DNA of 33,172 nucleotides from Thermoproteota archaeon (GCA_029258885.1 JAPDJW010000025.1:1-33172); one strand, 5' to 3'. Counted from the stretch's first letter, positions 6,995-16,917 are shown. Program-made: numbers and translations. Notes: generated by a model not told the origin, from the letters alone.

Positions 6995-8677
6995 TCATTT
7001 CATCCTTATCTTCTCCGGCTTTACACCTAGGATATTTATTACCTTTTCATTTAGTGCCCTCCTATCCAGGATAACAACCTTTGTTAGTTTAGCATTGAAA
7101 TAAAGATCCTTTACTATATTGATAAGTCTCATAATGGTAGGTATGAATATAAGATATTCCCATGCCTTGCTTTTACCCCATAGAGACGCCATGCGCCTTA
7201 ATGTATCCTTAAGCACATTACTTAAAATCGGTATCGGAAGCCCTACAAAGACCAAGGTTATAGGCTTATCTGTAAAAATTTTTCTAATATTTTTTAGTAA
7301 CTTATTTCTGTACACTAAATGTATTAAAACTTTTCTTTCGGGGGGCTTTGTCCTAAGCATAAGTAAATCTTCGTATTTTGGATCAACCAAATCGAGGAAG
7401 TCTAAACTATACTTCTCCTTTTGCCGCGCATATACTTCAAGAATAGTTATCATTAACTTTTTAGAGGGATAGACTAAGATAACTGGCTCCTCTATGCTTG
7501 TTTCAGCTCTTATGTATAATTCATAAAGCGCTAGTTTTAACACCAACTCCTGGCTACTCGCGTAATTTTTGGTGGATACATCTGAAGCGACTATAAAGTT
7601 GATTTTATTCCGCATATTTGATTGTGATGAGTAAACAATCGATTTCCTTCCAAATACATCCTTTACGTAATAGCCTGGAGGGGGTGCTTTAGACACAATT
7701 ATTATCGGATTTATAGGATCTACTAATAATCTTATAAAACGAGGATCAACAGGAGCAGCTCTAATAATATTCCTTGAAATAAATGGTCTAAAATAGTTAG
7801 ATAGATCGCTTTTAAAGATCTTAGATATTATCTCTATGCTTTCAAAGGTTCTAGATAGTGTATACCTATCCTCCAAGAAACCATAGGAGAGAAAAACATC
7901 CAAAAATGATTGCCTGTGCCAATGTAGAAGTAGTTCGTCACGGATTATCTCGATAGTCGTCCCTATTTCCTCCCATGATACCTTTTTTAAATTATAGTTT
8001 CTCCCGGAAATTAATGATTCTATGGCATCTCTAACTCTATCGAATCCCTCCCAGCTTTTTCGCATCTTTTTAAGTTGAGTTATACCCCTATATAATTCTG
8101 GAATTCTTACCTTCACGGTAAAAATATTCTGAAAATCGGTTACGGTATGTGTATCAAATAGAAATGCCAGAGCTTTAGTTTCGTTTGTGTCTATCTCGTC
8201 AAACAGCCTAGCTATGAAAAATGTCTCAAAGTCATAGACTACTATTCCCTGATTGATTTTAGCATGAAAAGGACATAACTTGTGTCTGCTATAGTTTTCA
8301 ATTAGGTCACTTATATCAGCATACCTACTCCTCATTACGTCAGCGTACCTAATACATAAACCAAGCTCAGATAACTTTTGACATACAACGTTGAAGTCGA
8401 AATATCCTAAGCGTATACTACTACCTAAATTATATGTATGTAAACATATTCTATTTCGGCTGAGCCTTAAGGAGAACGGCATATTACTTTTTGAAAGAGA
8501 ACTAATTACTTCGTTTAACATATCATCATCAGCATAGTCGATAATTAATGCTAACTTACCTCTACCGATTCTAGCTATGGAGCTGTATATGCCAGCCAAA
8601 AATTGGGAAAGCTCGTCTTTAGAAGAAACATTAAAACATATTACCTGTTTTTCTGGTTTTATATACGTAAACGTCAT
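6995..8677 (-). CDS. Degenerate XPD/Rad3/DinG-like protein (FeS-type cysteines retained, helicase motifs lost)
   Basis: SRNRIC, C99, C108, LCPF, VILVYPSKKLM, LVFVGLPIP and VVILDRR appear in XPD order; no GKT, DEAH or QxxGRxxR. Confidence 0.7.
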   Translation of the reverse strand: MTFTYIKPEKQVICFNVSSKDELSQFLAGIYSSIARIGRGKLALIIDYADDDMLNEVISSLSKSNMPFSLRLSRNRICLHTYNLGSSIRLGYFDFNVVCQKLSELGLCIRYADVMRSRYADISDLIENYSRHKLCPFHAKINQGIVVYDFETFFIARLFDEIDTNETKALAFLFDTHTVTDFQNIFTVKVRIPELYRGITQLKKMRKSWEGFDRVRDAIESLISGRNYNLKKVSWEEIGTTIEIIRDELLLHWHRQSFLDVFLSYGFLEDRYTLSRTFESIEIISKIFKSDLSNYFRPFISRNIIRAAPVDPRFIRLLVDPINPIIIVSKAPPPGYYVKDVFGRKSIVYSSQSNMRNKINFIVASDVSTKNYASSQELVLKLALYELYIRAETSIEEPVILVYPSKKLMITILEVYARQKEKYSLDFLDLVDPKYEDLLMLRTKPPERKVLIHLVYRNKLLKNIRKIFTDKPITLVFVGLPIPILSNVLKDTLRRMASLWGKSKAWEYLIFIPTIMRLINIVKDLYFNAKLTKVVILDRRALNEKVINILGVKPEKIRMK

Positions 8678-8825
8678 CCATCGTACCTTGATTACCTACT
8701 TATGTAACATACATTACTATTTTAAAAGCTTACCACGGGATTATATGAATATTTCTTTGAAGAACTATAGGCGAGGTCCAGAGAAAAAGTAAAAGATATC
8801 TATTCAATGAACCTTCACAATAACT

Positions 8826-9824
8826 ATGACAATGATTGTCAAAGCTTCCGCCCCAGGTAAGGTAATAATCTCGGGGGAACATTTCGTTGTAGAAGGACAG
8901 CCAGCTATTGCAGCCGCAATCAATCTTAGAGCTAAAGTTTCAGTTTCCCCGACCTCCGAAAAAACAATAGAACTTTTCTCCAAAAACTATAATTTAGGCG
9001 TAAAACTTCACGACCTCGAAATAATTTCAACTATTGGTAGCAGAGAACTATGCGTGAAAATCTTCAAACCAAGTATCTTCCTGATAAAAAAACTGTGCGA
9101 TCTATCGGGAGAAAAGTACGGAGGCTTTAAAATAACGATAGATTCCAAAGTCCCTCCAGGATCTGGTATGGGTTCTTCTGCGGCTACCTCTGTAGCCTTT
9201 ACAGCCGCTTTAGCGAAATTCCTTAACCTTCAACTTAGTAAGAATGAGATTAATAGCATTGCATATGAGGCGGAGAAAATAGTGCATGGAAAACCCAGCG
9301 GCATAGACAATACAGTATCAACATTCGGAGGAATTATAGCCTATAGAAAAGGAGAAGGATTCATAAGGCTTAAGCCTAAAATTAGTGAAGCATATTTTGT
9401 GTTAGCTGACTCCGGTATCGAAAGAGTTACTGGCGACGTCGTAAGAAATGTCCTTAAATTAAAAGAGAGATTCCCCAAAATTTTTGATCCAATATATCAT
9501 GCCGCCGGAAGACTAGCAATTAGGACAGCACTGGCTATAGAGGAAGGAGACTTAGAGAAATTAGGACAGTTAATGAATATAAATCATGGTCTCCTCTCAG
9601 CAATAGGAGTCTCAAATCTAGTTCTCGAAAACCTAGTTTATACCGCGAGAAAAAATGGTGCACTAGGCGCCAAAATAACTGGCGCAGGCGCAGGGGGATT
9701 TATCATGGCGCTATGCGACAACTCCAGCCTAACTAATGTTAAGAAAGCTCTAAGAGCGATTAGCAGACGTGTTTACGTTGTTAAGATTTCTAAGCCTGGT
9801 GTTCTTGTACGAAAAGAAACATAA
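8826..9824 (+). CDS. mvk: Mevalonate kinase (GHMP family)
   Basis: ASAPGKVIISGEHFVVEG, PPGSGMGSSAA, HGKPSGIDN and AKITGAGAGG motifs. Confidence 0.93.
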   Translation: MTMIVKASAPGKVIISGEHFVVEGQPAIAAAINLRAKVSVSPTSEKTIELFSKNYNLGVKLHDLEIISTIGSRELCVKIFKPSIFLIKKLCDLSGEKYGGFKITIDSKVPPGSGMGSSAATSVAFTAALAKFLNLQLSKNEINSIAYEAEKIVHGKPSGIDNTVSTFGGIIAYRKGEGFIRLKPKISEAYFVLADSGIERVTGDVVRNVLKLKERFPKIFDPIYHAAGRLAIRTALAIEEGDLEKLGQLMNINHGLLSAIGVSNLVLENLVYTARKNGALGAKITGAGAGGFIMALCDNSSLTNVKKALRAISRRVYVVKISKPGVLVRKET

Positions 9825-10248
9825 CGTAACAGTCCTTACCGTCAGGATAATATCTTAAGATCTTATATTTTTCATGGAACCCTATTTTTCTGTATAGACT
9901 TATAGCGGGATAATTGTCACATGAAACTTCAAGCCTTATAATCCTTACTCCATGTCGCTTAAAGTAATCTATTAATTTTAACAATAACTTTGTGCCTATT
10001 CCACGCCCCCTATACGATGGATCCACGGCAATTGAAATTATATGTCCTAAATATCGATTAATTCTTCCAATAATATACCCGATGACCAGCTTATTATACT
10101 CGGCCACAAAGAAACTATCCCTATAAATATTAAAAAGCGCATCAATGTCACCTTTACTATAGGGATACTCAAACGATACGCTTTCTATGCGATATACGTG
10201 TACCAGATCTTCGCTCCTTGCCCTTCTAACGAGAATTTCTTTCTCCAT
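9790..10248 (-). CDS. rimI: RimI/Ard1-like GNAT N-acetyltransferase
   Basis: HIISIAVDPSYRGRGIG, RLEV, NYPAISLY and YYPDGKD motifs. Confidence 0.9.
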   Translation of the reverse strand: MEKEILVRRARSEDLVHVYRIESVSFEYPYSKGDIDALFNIYRDSFFVAEYNKLVIGYIIGRINRYLGHIISIAVDPSYRGRGIGTKLLLKLIDYFKRHGVRIIRLEVSCDNYPAISLYRKIGFHEKYKILRYYPDGKDCYVMFLFVQEHQA

Positions 10249-10280
10249 GCTAAATCCTTAAGTAAAAACTAGTTAAAACA

Positions 10281-10502
10281 TCATGAAAATAACTTACCTT
10301 CGCCAGTAATATACCTTAGCTGAACTATTCTATCCATTACCTCGATAAACTTTCTCTCGATTCTCTTTTTAGCTTCGTTAAATTCCTCTTCAGATATCTC
10401 CCCTTTATTGCGTTTTTCAATTAAAGCCTCCATTTCTTTCTCTAGTCGTTCCCTTTCCTTTTCTAATATGGATAGATACTCCTTAGGATCTTTCGCATGC
10501 AT
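10281..10502 (-). CDS. Small coiled-coil protein with SHOCT-like motif
   Basis: Probable start ATG 10502 (MHAKDPKEY); GEISEEEFNEAKKRI; upstream AAAAATATAAATA is promoter-like. Confidence 0.7.
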   Translation of the reverse strand: MHAKDPKEYLSILEKERERLEKEMEALIEKRNKGEISEEEFNEAKKRIERKFIEVMDRIVQLRYITGEGKLFS

Positions 10503-10744
10503 AGTTATCACTAGGTTACGCTCTTTTCTTTTATTTATATTTTTGGGTGGGGCTTGCTCATTGAGGGCTGCGGCGATTATCATGGCTTTGTGTCGGGCTT
10601 GGGCATATCATGAAAAAGTTATCATGAAAAACGGCTGCTCTCGAGGATATATGGAAACGTGTATATCCCTATATATCATTATAAAAATATCTGCTTACGT
10701 TCCACTATTAATCTATATATTGCGTAGAGAAAAATTACTTTGTC
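10503..10744. other. Candidate replication origin / cdc6 regulatory region
   Basis: 242-nt intergenic gap upstream of cdc6 with inverted ORB-half-like TGGAAAC (10652-58) and GTTCCAC (10699-705) flanking an AT-rich tract. No full ORB seen. Confidence 0.35.
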
Positions 10745-11953
10745 ATGTCGATTCTCAATGAAATATTCGAGAAAGCGCTTCATTCAAGGATATTTATCAA
10801 TAGAGAACTCCTATTGCCAGACTATGTTCCAGACGAATTGCCTCATAGAGATAAACAAATAGTACAACTTGGAAAAATACTAGCCCCTTCACTCGCAGGG
10901 TATAGGCCCTCGAATGTCTTTATCTATGGCCTCACAGGCACGGGTAAGACCGCTGTCACGAAATATGTGTTACGTAAACTCATAGAAAAAGCCAAGGGTA
11001 AGGTAATATCAGCTTACATAAACTGTAGAAACTCCGATACCAATTATAGAGTTCTAGCAGATCTTATTTTCTCTCTGGGAAAAAGCGTTCCATTTACTGG
11101 TCTTTCTACAGCTGAGGTTTTTAGTAGATTTAAGAATTACTTAGATAGCAAGAGGAAAATCATGATAGTTGTATTAGACGAAATAGATTATCTTGTTAAG
11201 AAAAGCGGCGACGGTGTCCTCTATCACTTAACGAGGATAAATAGTTGCCTAAAACATTCTAAGCTATCGTTAATTGGTATAACTAACGATTTGAAATTTA
11301 CCGAATACCTTGATCCGAGAGTTAAAAGTAGCTTAGGAGAAGAAGAACTTGTTTTCCCGCCTTACACAGGAAAAGAGCTAGAGGACATTCTTCGTATACG
11401 TGCAGAGAAGGCATTAAGAAAGGATGCACTTGCTCCCGGAGTAATACCTCTTTGTGCAGCTATAGCAGCCAAACAAAACGGGGATTGTAGATTAGCCTTA
11501 GATTTGCTTCTTAAAGCGGCGGAAATGGCCGAAAGAGAGGATGCAAACATAGTTACCGAAAGACATGTTAGGCTGGCTCAAAGAGAAATAGAGAAGAACC
11601 TCGTAATAGACGTGATAATTTCTATGCCCCTCCATGTTAAACTAGTCTTGCTAGCTATATATCTAGCTGAAGCATTTAATACACCCGAGCAGACAACTGG
11701 CGAAATTTTTAATGTATACAAGGACGTATGTAGAAAAATGGGTGTGGATCCTGTAACCCAACGTAGGGTAAGCGAGATAATAAGCGAGTTGGATATGTTA
11801 GGCCTAATAAATGCTAAAGTTGTCAGCATGGGAAGGTACGGGAGAACAAAGAAAATAAAGTTAGCAGCCTCCAAAACTAGTATTCTGGAGGGATTAAAGT
11901 CGGACAGAGAACTATATGATATATTAGAACATATAATTGAAGAGTTTAAATAA
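10745..11953 (+). CDS. cdc6: Cdc6/Orc1 replication initiator
   Basis: PDYVPDELPHR, Walker A GLTGTGKT, Walker B VVLDEID, GDCRLALDLL and winged-helix RRVSEIISELDMLG. Confidence 0.96.
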   Translation: MSILNEIFEKALHSRIFINRELLLPDYVPDELPHRDKQIVQLGKILAPSLAGYRPSNVFIYGLTGTGKTAVTKYVLRKLIEKAKGKVISAYINCRNSDTNYRVLADLIFSLGKSVPFTGLSTAEVFSRFKNYLDSKRKIMIVVLDEIDYLVKKSGDGVLYHLTRINSCLKHSKLSLIGITNDLKFTEYLDPRVKSSLGEEELVFPPYTGKELEDILRIRAEKALRKDALAPGVIPLCAAIAAKQNGDCRLALDLLLKAAEMAEREDANIVTERHVRLAQREIEKNLVIDVIISMPLHVKLVLLAIYLAEAFNTPEQTTGEIFNVYKDVCRKMGVDPVTQRRVSEIISELDMLGLINAKVVSMGRYGRTKKIKLAASKTSILEGLKSDRELYDILEHIIEEFK

Positions 11954-11958
11954 TATAG

Positions 11959-12588
11959 TTACGTTACTGGAGAGACTTTTGCTTCAAATTCCTCCACGGG
12001 AACAGGCATTTCAGCATCGGGTGGAAGATCTCCCCTCTCAACAAGTACTCTCCACGTGAGCAACCAATAAATTAAAGCTAGGGCTTTTCTCCCCCTATTG
12101 TTAGCTGGAATTATGAGATCTACGTAGCTAGGTACATTATCCGTATCACATAGCGCAATTACGGGAATACCCATTTTTGCTGCTTCTGTTAATGCTTGAC
12201 TGTCAGCCTTTGGATCGGTTACAATAAGTAGTTCGGCTTCAATATAGTGCTTTAACGCAGGATTAGTGAAAGTTCCCGGCAGAAAACGGCCAACTATTGG
12301 TATAACTCCCGTCAACGATGCAAACTTTTTAACAGGTGTTTGACCGTATTGCCTTGCAGAGACTGCAACAACCTTTGAAGGGTCGTATTGAGTAATGAAA
12401 CGAGCAGCTATTCTAATCCTTTCATCAGTTTTTCTAACATCAATCAAATATAGTCCATCTGGTCTAACTCCGTATATAAATTCCTGCATGAACTTATTTT
12501 TTGAATGTGTACCTATCCTTAGACCTGCAGCAAGGTATTTTTCCAACGGTATTAATAATTCCTCCTCCTTACCTTCTTTTTCGCTCAT
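11959..12588 (-). CDS. rps2: 30S ribosomal protein S2 (uS2)
   Basis: YLAAGLRIGT, GRFLPGTFTNP, DSQALTEA, CDTDN and IPANNRG motifs. Confidence 0.97.
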   Translation of the reverse strand: MSEKEGKEEELLIPLEKYLAAGLRIGTHSKNKFMQEFIYGVRPDGLYLIDVRKTDERIRIAARFITQYDPSKVVAVSARQYGQTPVKKFASLTGVIPIVGRFLPGTFTNPALKHYIEAELLIVTDPKADSQALTEAAKMGIPVIALCDTDNVPSYVDLIIPANNRGRKALALIYWLLTWRVLVERGDLPPDAEMPVPVEEFEAKVSPVT

Positions 12589-12817
12589 CCTACCACCATT
12601 AACTATTTCTATTTGCCCTACTTGTCCATAAAGACAAATACATCCTTATTTCTTTTTCTCAAGTTGTTGATTACGGCTGATAAAAGGCGCCATTATATCA
12701 CATTATCAATATAGCTGATTCATGTAGTACATTTGATTAAAAATTAACCTTAGGTACTTTCTAAAACGTAATAAAATTAATATATTTCATTTCGTCTATC
12801 TCTGCAGGTGAGCATGA

Positions 12818-13003
12818 ATGCCTAGAGTATACAAGTGTGCATTTTGTGGACACAATATAGCGCCTGGCACTGGAATGATATATGTTAAGAATGATGGAAC
12901 AATCTTTAGGTTCTGTTCCAGAAAATGTATGGTCAGCATGCTAAAGTTTAAACGTGATCCCAGAAAACTTAAATGGACAACGAAATACAAAAAGCCTACC
13001 TAA
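12818..13003 (+). CDS. rpl24e: 50S ribosomal protein L24e
   Basis: CAFCG, PGTG, FCSRKC and RDPRKLKWT motifs. Confidence 0.96.
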   Translation: MPRVYKCAFCGHNIAPGTGMIYVKNDGTIFRFCSRKCMVSMLKFKRDPRKLKWTTKYKKPT

Positions 13004-13054
13004 ATAACATAAAGTTAAACTAGTCAATAAACAAATTATTTTAGGGGGATCCTC

Positions 13055-14842
13055 GTGCCAGAATCCATTAGGTCACCTATAGTTGTAGTTCTCGGACACG
13101 TAGATGTGGGAAAAACCGCCCTGCTCGATAAGATAAGAGGAACAGCAGTCATGCTTAGAGAACCTGGAACAATGACACAACACATTGGCGCATCGTTTCT
13201 TCCATGGAATGTGCTAGAGAAAATGTGTGGTTCACTGGCGAAATTCATATCTAAAAAGGTCGTAATACCCGGCATACTTGTAATAGACACTCCGGGACAT
13301 GAGGCATTCGCTAACTTAAGGAGAAGAGGAGGAAGTATTGCAGATCTAGCACTACTAGTTATTGACATAAACGAGGGATTTCAAAGGCAAACCTATGAGG
13401 CATTAGAGATCCTGAAGGCGAGAAAGACGCCCTTCATAGTTGTTGCTAATAAGATAGATAAAATTCCCGGATGGAAATCGACTCCAGGAGCCCCATTTAT
13501 CGAAAGCATCAGAAAACAGGAACCATATATAGTAGCGCGCTTTGAAGAGCTACTCTATAATATAATGAATGAAATGCTGAGTCAAGGATTTAGATGTGAT
13601 AGATATGATAGAATCTCGGACTTTACTAAAACGGTAGCTATTGTTCCAACAAGTGCACTTACTGGGGAAGGAATACCGGATCTCCTGCTAGTTTTAGCTG
13701 GCTTGGCCCAGAAATATATGCTGAAGAGACTTAAGGTTAGCGTTGGACCGGGTAAGGGCGTAATACTTGAAGTTAAGGAGGAGAGAGGGCTTGGAACGAC
13801 TATCGATGTTATACTTTATGACGGTATAATTAGGCACGGCGACACGATAGTTGTCGGCGGTCTTGATAAGCCCATCGTAACTAAAGTCAAGGCACTATTA
13901 ATGCCCAAGCCCCTTGACGAGATGCGCTCTCCAGAGGATAAGTTTATGATGATGAAAGAAGTTACAGCAGCTGCGGGAGTTAAGATCGTCGCAACAGGTT
14001 TGGAAACAGCAGTTGCCGGTGCTCCAGTCATCGTAGTTGAAGACGCTAGTAAGCTTGAGGAAGTTGCTAAGAGGGTGCGTGAAGAAGTCTCCGGAGTTAA
14101 GAAAGCTAGACAAACAATAGGTGTAGTAGTCAAGGCAGATACTCTAGGAACTCTGGAGGCTCTCACTAATTACATTGAAGCAAGGGGCTTCCCCGTAAGA
14201 TATGCCGACGTAGGTCCCGTAGTTAAGAGAGATATTATGGAGGCTTTTATAGTAAAGCAATCCAATAGATATTATGGAGTAATACTAGCCTTCAATGTAA
14301 AGGTAACCGAAGAGGCAGAGGTAGAGGCTAAGGAATACGGCATTCCTATCTTTACAAACAACATAATCTATAGATTAATTGAGGATTTTGAGAAATGGTA
14401 TCATGTAGAAAAAGAAAAGGAAAAGAAAGCAATATTATCTAAGCTCATTCTTCCAGGTAAAATTATGATTCTTCCAGGCTACGTGTTTAGAAGAAGTAAC
14501 CCAGCAATAGTTGGTGTTCGCGTATTAAAAGGGAGAATTAGAGGAGGATATCCCCTAATCAATGAAAAAGGAAAAAGAATAGGAGAAATAATGCAAATAC
14601 AGGAACACGGTAAACCGTTAAAAGAAGCCCTTAAAGGAGCTGAAGTAGCAATCTCTATAAGAGGCAATATAATGATAGGTAGGCAAGTAAAGGAGGGGGA
14701 CATCCTTTACGTTGATGTGCCTCTGGATCATATAGACATTATACTTGAGAAGTTTAAGGACGAACTAGACGAGGAAGAAATAAAAATACTTAAAAACATA
14801 AGGCGATTTAAGTTAAAACTTTCTGATAAATTAACTAGATAA
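13055..14842 (+). CDS. infB: Translation initiation factor aIF5B (IF-2)
   Basis: RSPIVVVLGHVDVGKT, TQHIGA, DTPGHEAF, NKID and KADTLGTLEAL motifs; no intein apparent. Confidence 0.97.
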   Translation: MPESIRSPIVVVLGHVDVGKTALLDKIRGTAVMLREPGTMTQHIGASFLPWNVLEKMCGSLAKFISKKVVIPGILVIDTPGHEAFANLRRRGGSIADLALLVIDINEGFQRQTYEALEILKARKTPFIVVANKIDKIPGWKSTPGAPFIESIRKQEPYIVARFEELLYNIMNEMLSQGFRCDRYDRISDFTKTVAIVPTSALTGEGIPDLLLVLAGLAQKYMLKRLKVSVGPGKGVILEVKEERGLGTTIDVILYDGIIRHGDTIVVGGLDKPIVTKVKALLMPKPLDEMRSPEDKFMMMKEVTAAAGVKIVATGLETAVAGAPVIVVEDASKLEEVAKRVREEVSGVKKARQTIGVVVKADTLGTLEALTNYIEARGFPVRYADVGPVVKRDIMEAFIVKQSNRYYGVILAFNVKVTEEAEVEAKEYGIPIFTNNIIYRLIEDFEKWYHVEKEKEKKAILSKLILPGKIMILPGYVFRRSNPAIVGVRVLKGRIRGGYPLINEKGKRIGEIMQIQEHGKPLKEALKGAEVAISIRGNIMIGRQVKEGDILYVDVPLDHIDIILEKFKDELDEEEIKILKNIRRFKLKLSDKLTR

Positions 14843-14960
14843 TATAACAATTTATAATTTAACCAATACTTTACGAGGGAATGAAGACATTTATAGGAGA
14901 TATATTCATATTTAAAGCGACAGCTACGGCAATTTTGTCTCTCTTATATGGTGAAAAAAG

Positions 14961-15896
14961 ATGTCTGAACTTAAGTACTTCGCCTGGCAAGGAATTGAAC
15001 TAATGATCCCTAAGGACTGGGATCTTGCAGTTGATGCAGGTAATTTTGATAATGGATATTTTAGATTAGATGACTATGTGAAGCCTAGACTAGAGATTAA
15101 ATGGGAAAAGATAAAATTTGAAAAAGCACCTACGTCTGATAAGTTATTGGAAAATTTTATTAAAAGTATGGAAAAAAATCTAAAGAAAAGAAAAATTCAA
15201 ACAAAGGTAAGCATCCTCGAAAAACAGAATACTAAGGTAGCGGAACACGACGCAGTCTTAGCCTACGTTAGAAGTGTGCAGGATGCCTTAATAGTGGCAT
15301 GGTACTGTGAAAAAAGTGAGAGAGCCTTTATTGCTCAAACAGTTTTTCCAGCTAAAGAATATGATAACCAAAAAAAAGCATTCAATACGGTAATACAAAA
15401 ATTAATGTGCCATACCTCGGACGAAAATATTACGTGGTCTGCCTATGGTTTTAAGGTGAAGATCCCTGCTCTCTACAGACTCTCTAACAGGAAATTCACC
15501 TCCGGTCTCTCTTACCTATTCTTCATGGATCCAAAGGGGTATAATATTGTATCATTTGGATATAGCAGCATGGCTAACGTGATCCTTAAGGAATATTATA
15601 GTGATATAGAAGAGTGGTTCAATGAACTAATCTATAAGAAAAATCTAAAGAAAATAGGCAAGTTCAAACGGAAAAAAGAGGAAAACGCTCAGCTAAACAG
15701 ACAAAAGCACGAGGCTAGGGTACTATACTTGGAGACATATGGATTTATATCAAAATTTAAGAATTACATGGTCGTATATCTCTGGAACTGCGAAAATTTA
15801 AATAGACTCTACTTCCTGTTAACTATAATTAAAGGAAATAGAACAAAGGCTAAGGACCTTGCTACTTCTATTATGAAAGATTTTCAATGTCATTAA
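14961..15896 (+). CDS. Hypothetical protein with two internally duplicated domains (PsbP/DcrB-like fold suspected)
   Basis: FAWQGIELMIPKDW aligns with WSAYGFKVKIPALY; WYCEKSERAF aligns with WNCENLNRLY. Confidence 0.7.
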   Translation: MSELKYFAWQGIELMIPKDWDLAVDAGNFDNGYFRLDDYVKPRLEIKWEKIKFEKAPTSDKLLENFIKSMEKNLKKRKIQTKVSILEKQNTKVAEHDAVLAYVRSVQDALIVAWYCEKSERAFIAQTVFPAKEYDNQKKAFNTVIQKLMCHTSDENITWSAYGFKVKIPALYRLSNRKFTSGLSYLFFMDPKGYNIVSFGYSSMANVILKEYYSDIEEWFNELIYKKNLKKIGKFKRKKEENAQLNRQKHEARVLYLETYGFISKFKNYMVVYLWNCENLNRLYFLLTIIKGNRTKAKDLATSIMKDFQCH

Positions 15897-16522
15897 AATT
15901 GAGCTCTGGATTCCTTAGCCTCTGCTTCCACGGGAACTTTAAATGGAATTTCCATGATATTACTAAGTACCTTGATTTTCCTTACCTCAACCTTTTTCAG
16001 TGGATATATCTTTTTGGCACTATTGTATACTTCCGAAGCTATTTTACCTAACACAGCCTCCTGAACGAATTCATCTAAATCTAATTTTGCAGCCTTTTCC
16101 TCGACGATTTCTTTCGCTATCTTTCTTATAGCCCTTGCTTGGGAAGTCTTTATTCTATGCTTTGTAACCACCATTACAAAAACCCTTAACCTGACACCAT
16201 CCTTAGTTTCAACCTCAACAACACTATCTACCCTAGTAGTTCCCCTCCTCACGATGCTCCTAATGTAATCTCTTGTTAATTCAAATCCCTTAAACTGAGT
16301 AAAAGCTTTATTTCCTTCAACCTTTACTATTTGAAAACGCAGTTTTATTGCAAGCTGCGATATATCCTTCGTAATATCATATAGACTTACCTCCATAACT
16401 CTTCCCAGCAACTGCTTTTCGTTAAAAGCTGGAACCTCTCCTAGCTCAGCGAAGCCGAAAGCGCTTGAAGCATAGACAGTAAACCATTTTTTTAAGCTCC
16501 ACTTGTCCCTAGCTCTACTCAT
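15893..16522 (-). CDS. rps3ae: 30S ribosomal protein S3Ae (eS1)
   Basis: RDKWSLKKWFTVYA, GRVMEVSLYDIT, YIRSIVRRGTTRVD and IYPLKKVEVRK motifs. Confidence 0.96.
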   Translation of the reverse strand: MSRARDKWSLKKWFTVYASSAFGFAELGEVPAFNEKQLLGRVMEVSLYDITKDISQLAIKLRFQIVKVEGNKAFTQFKGFELTRDYIRSIVRRGTTRVDSVVEVETKDGVRLRVFVMVVTKHRIKTSQARAIRKIAKEIVEEKAAKLDLDEFVQEAVLGKIASEVYNSAKKIYPLKKVEVRKIKVLSNIMEIPFKVPVEAEAKESRAQF

Positions 16523-16649
16523 TTAACCACCTTGTCTCTCTTAATCAAACAAGCTCAGTATATAAAACTTATCTCAGCGCTCAAGCACAAACTATAAATT
16601 AATGTTTATTATAAAAGACACTACAGAGCTTTGGGAGGCCGAGGAAAAT

Positions 16650-16883
16650 ATGGGTAAAGTAAGGCCAGCGTACATAAAAAATGTTGCTAGACAACTCCTA
16701 GAAATGTATCCGGATAAGTTTACGACAGATTTCGAACATAACAAGCAGATGGTAAAACAATTAGCTGATATACCGTCGAAAAGAGTTAGGAATAGGATAG
16801 CTGGCTATATAACTAGACTAGTAAAAATCAGGATGAGAGAGGAGGAGGAAATAGCAATTGCTAGTAGCGAAAGTAAAAGTTAA
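16650..16883 (+). CDS. rps17e: 30S ribosomal protein S17e
   Basis: [19 protein letters not shown] and [13 protein letters not shown]; start moved to ATG 16650. Confidence 0.96.
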   Translation: MGKVRPAYIKNVARQLLEMYPDKFTTDFEHNKQMVKQLADIPSKRVRNRIAGYITRLVKIRMREEEEIAIASSESKS

Positions 16884-16917
16884 CTTTTATATACTAGAAT
16901 CTAGACTTCTCCATTAG

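Noticed and set aside
12589-12817. Possible small gene (rpoN-like) or sRNA in the rps2-rpl24e gap
   Set aside because: No frame with recognisable motifs; CTGA motifs lack properly spaced C boxes.
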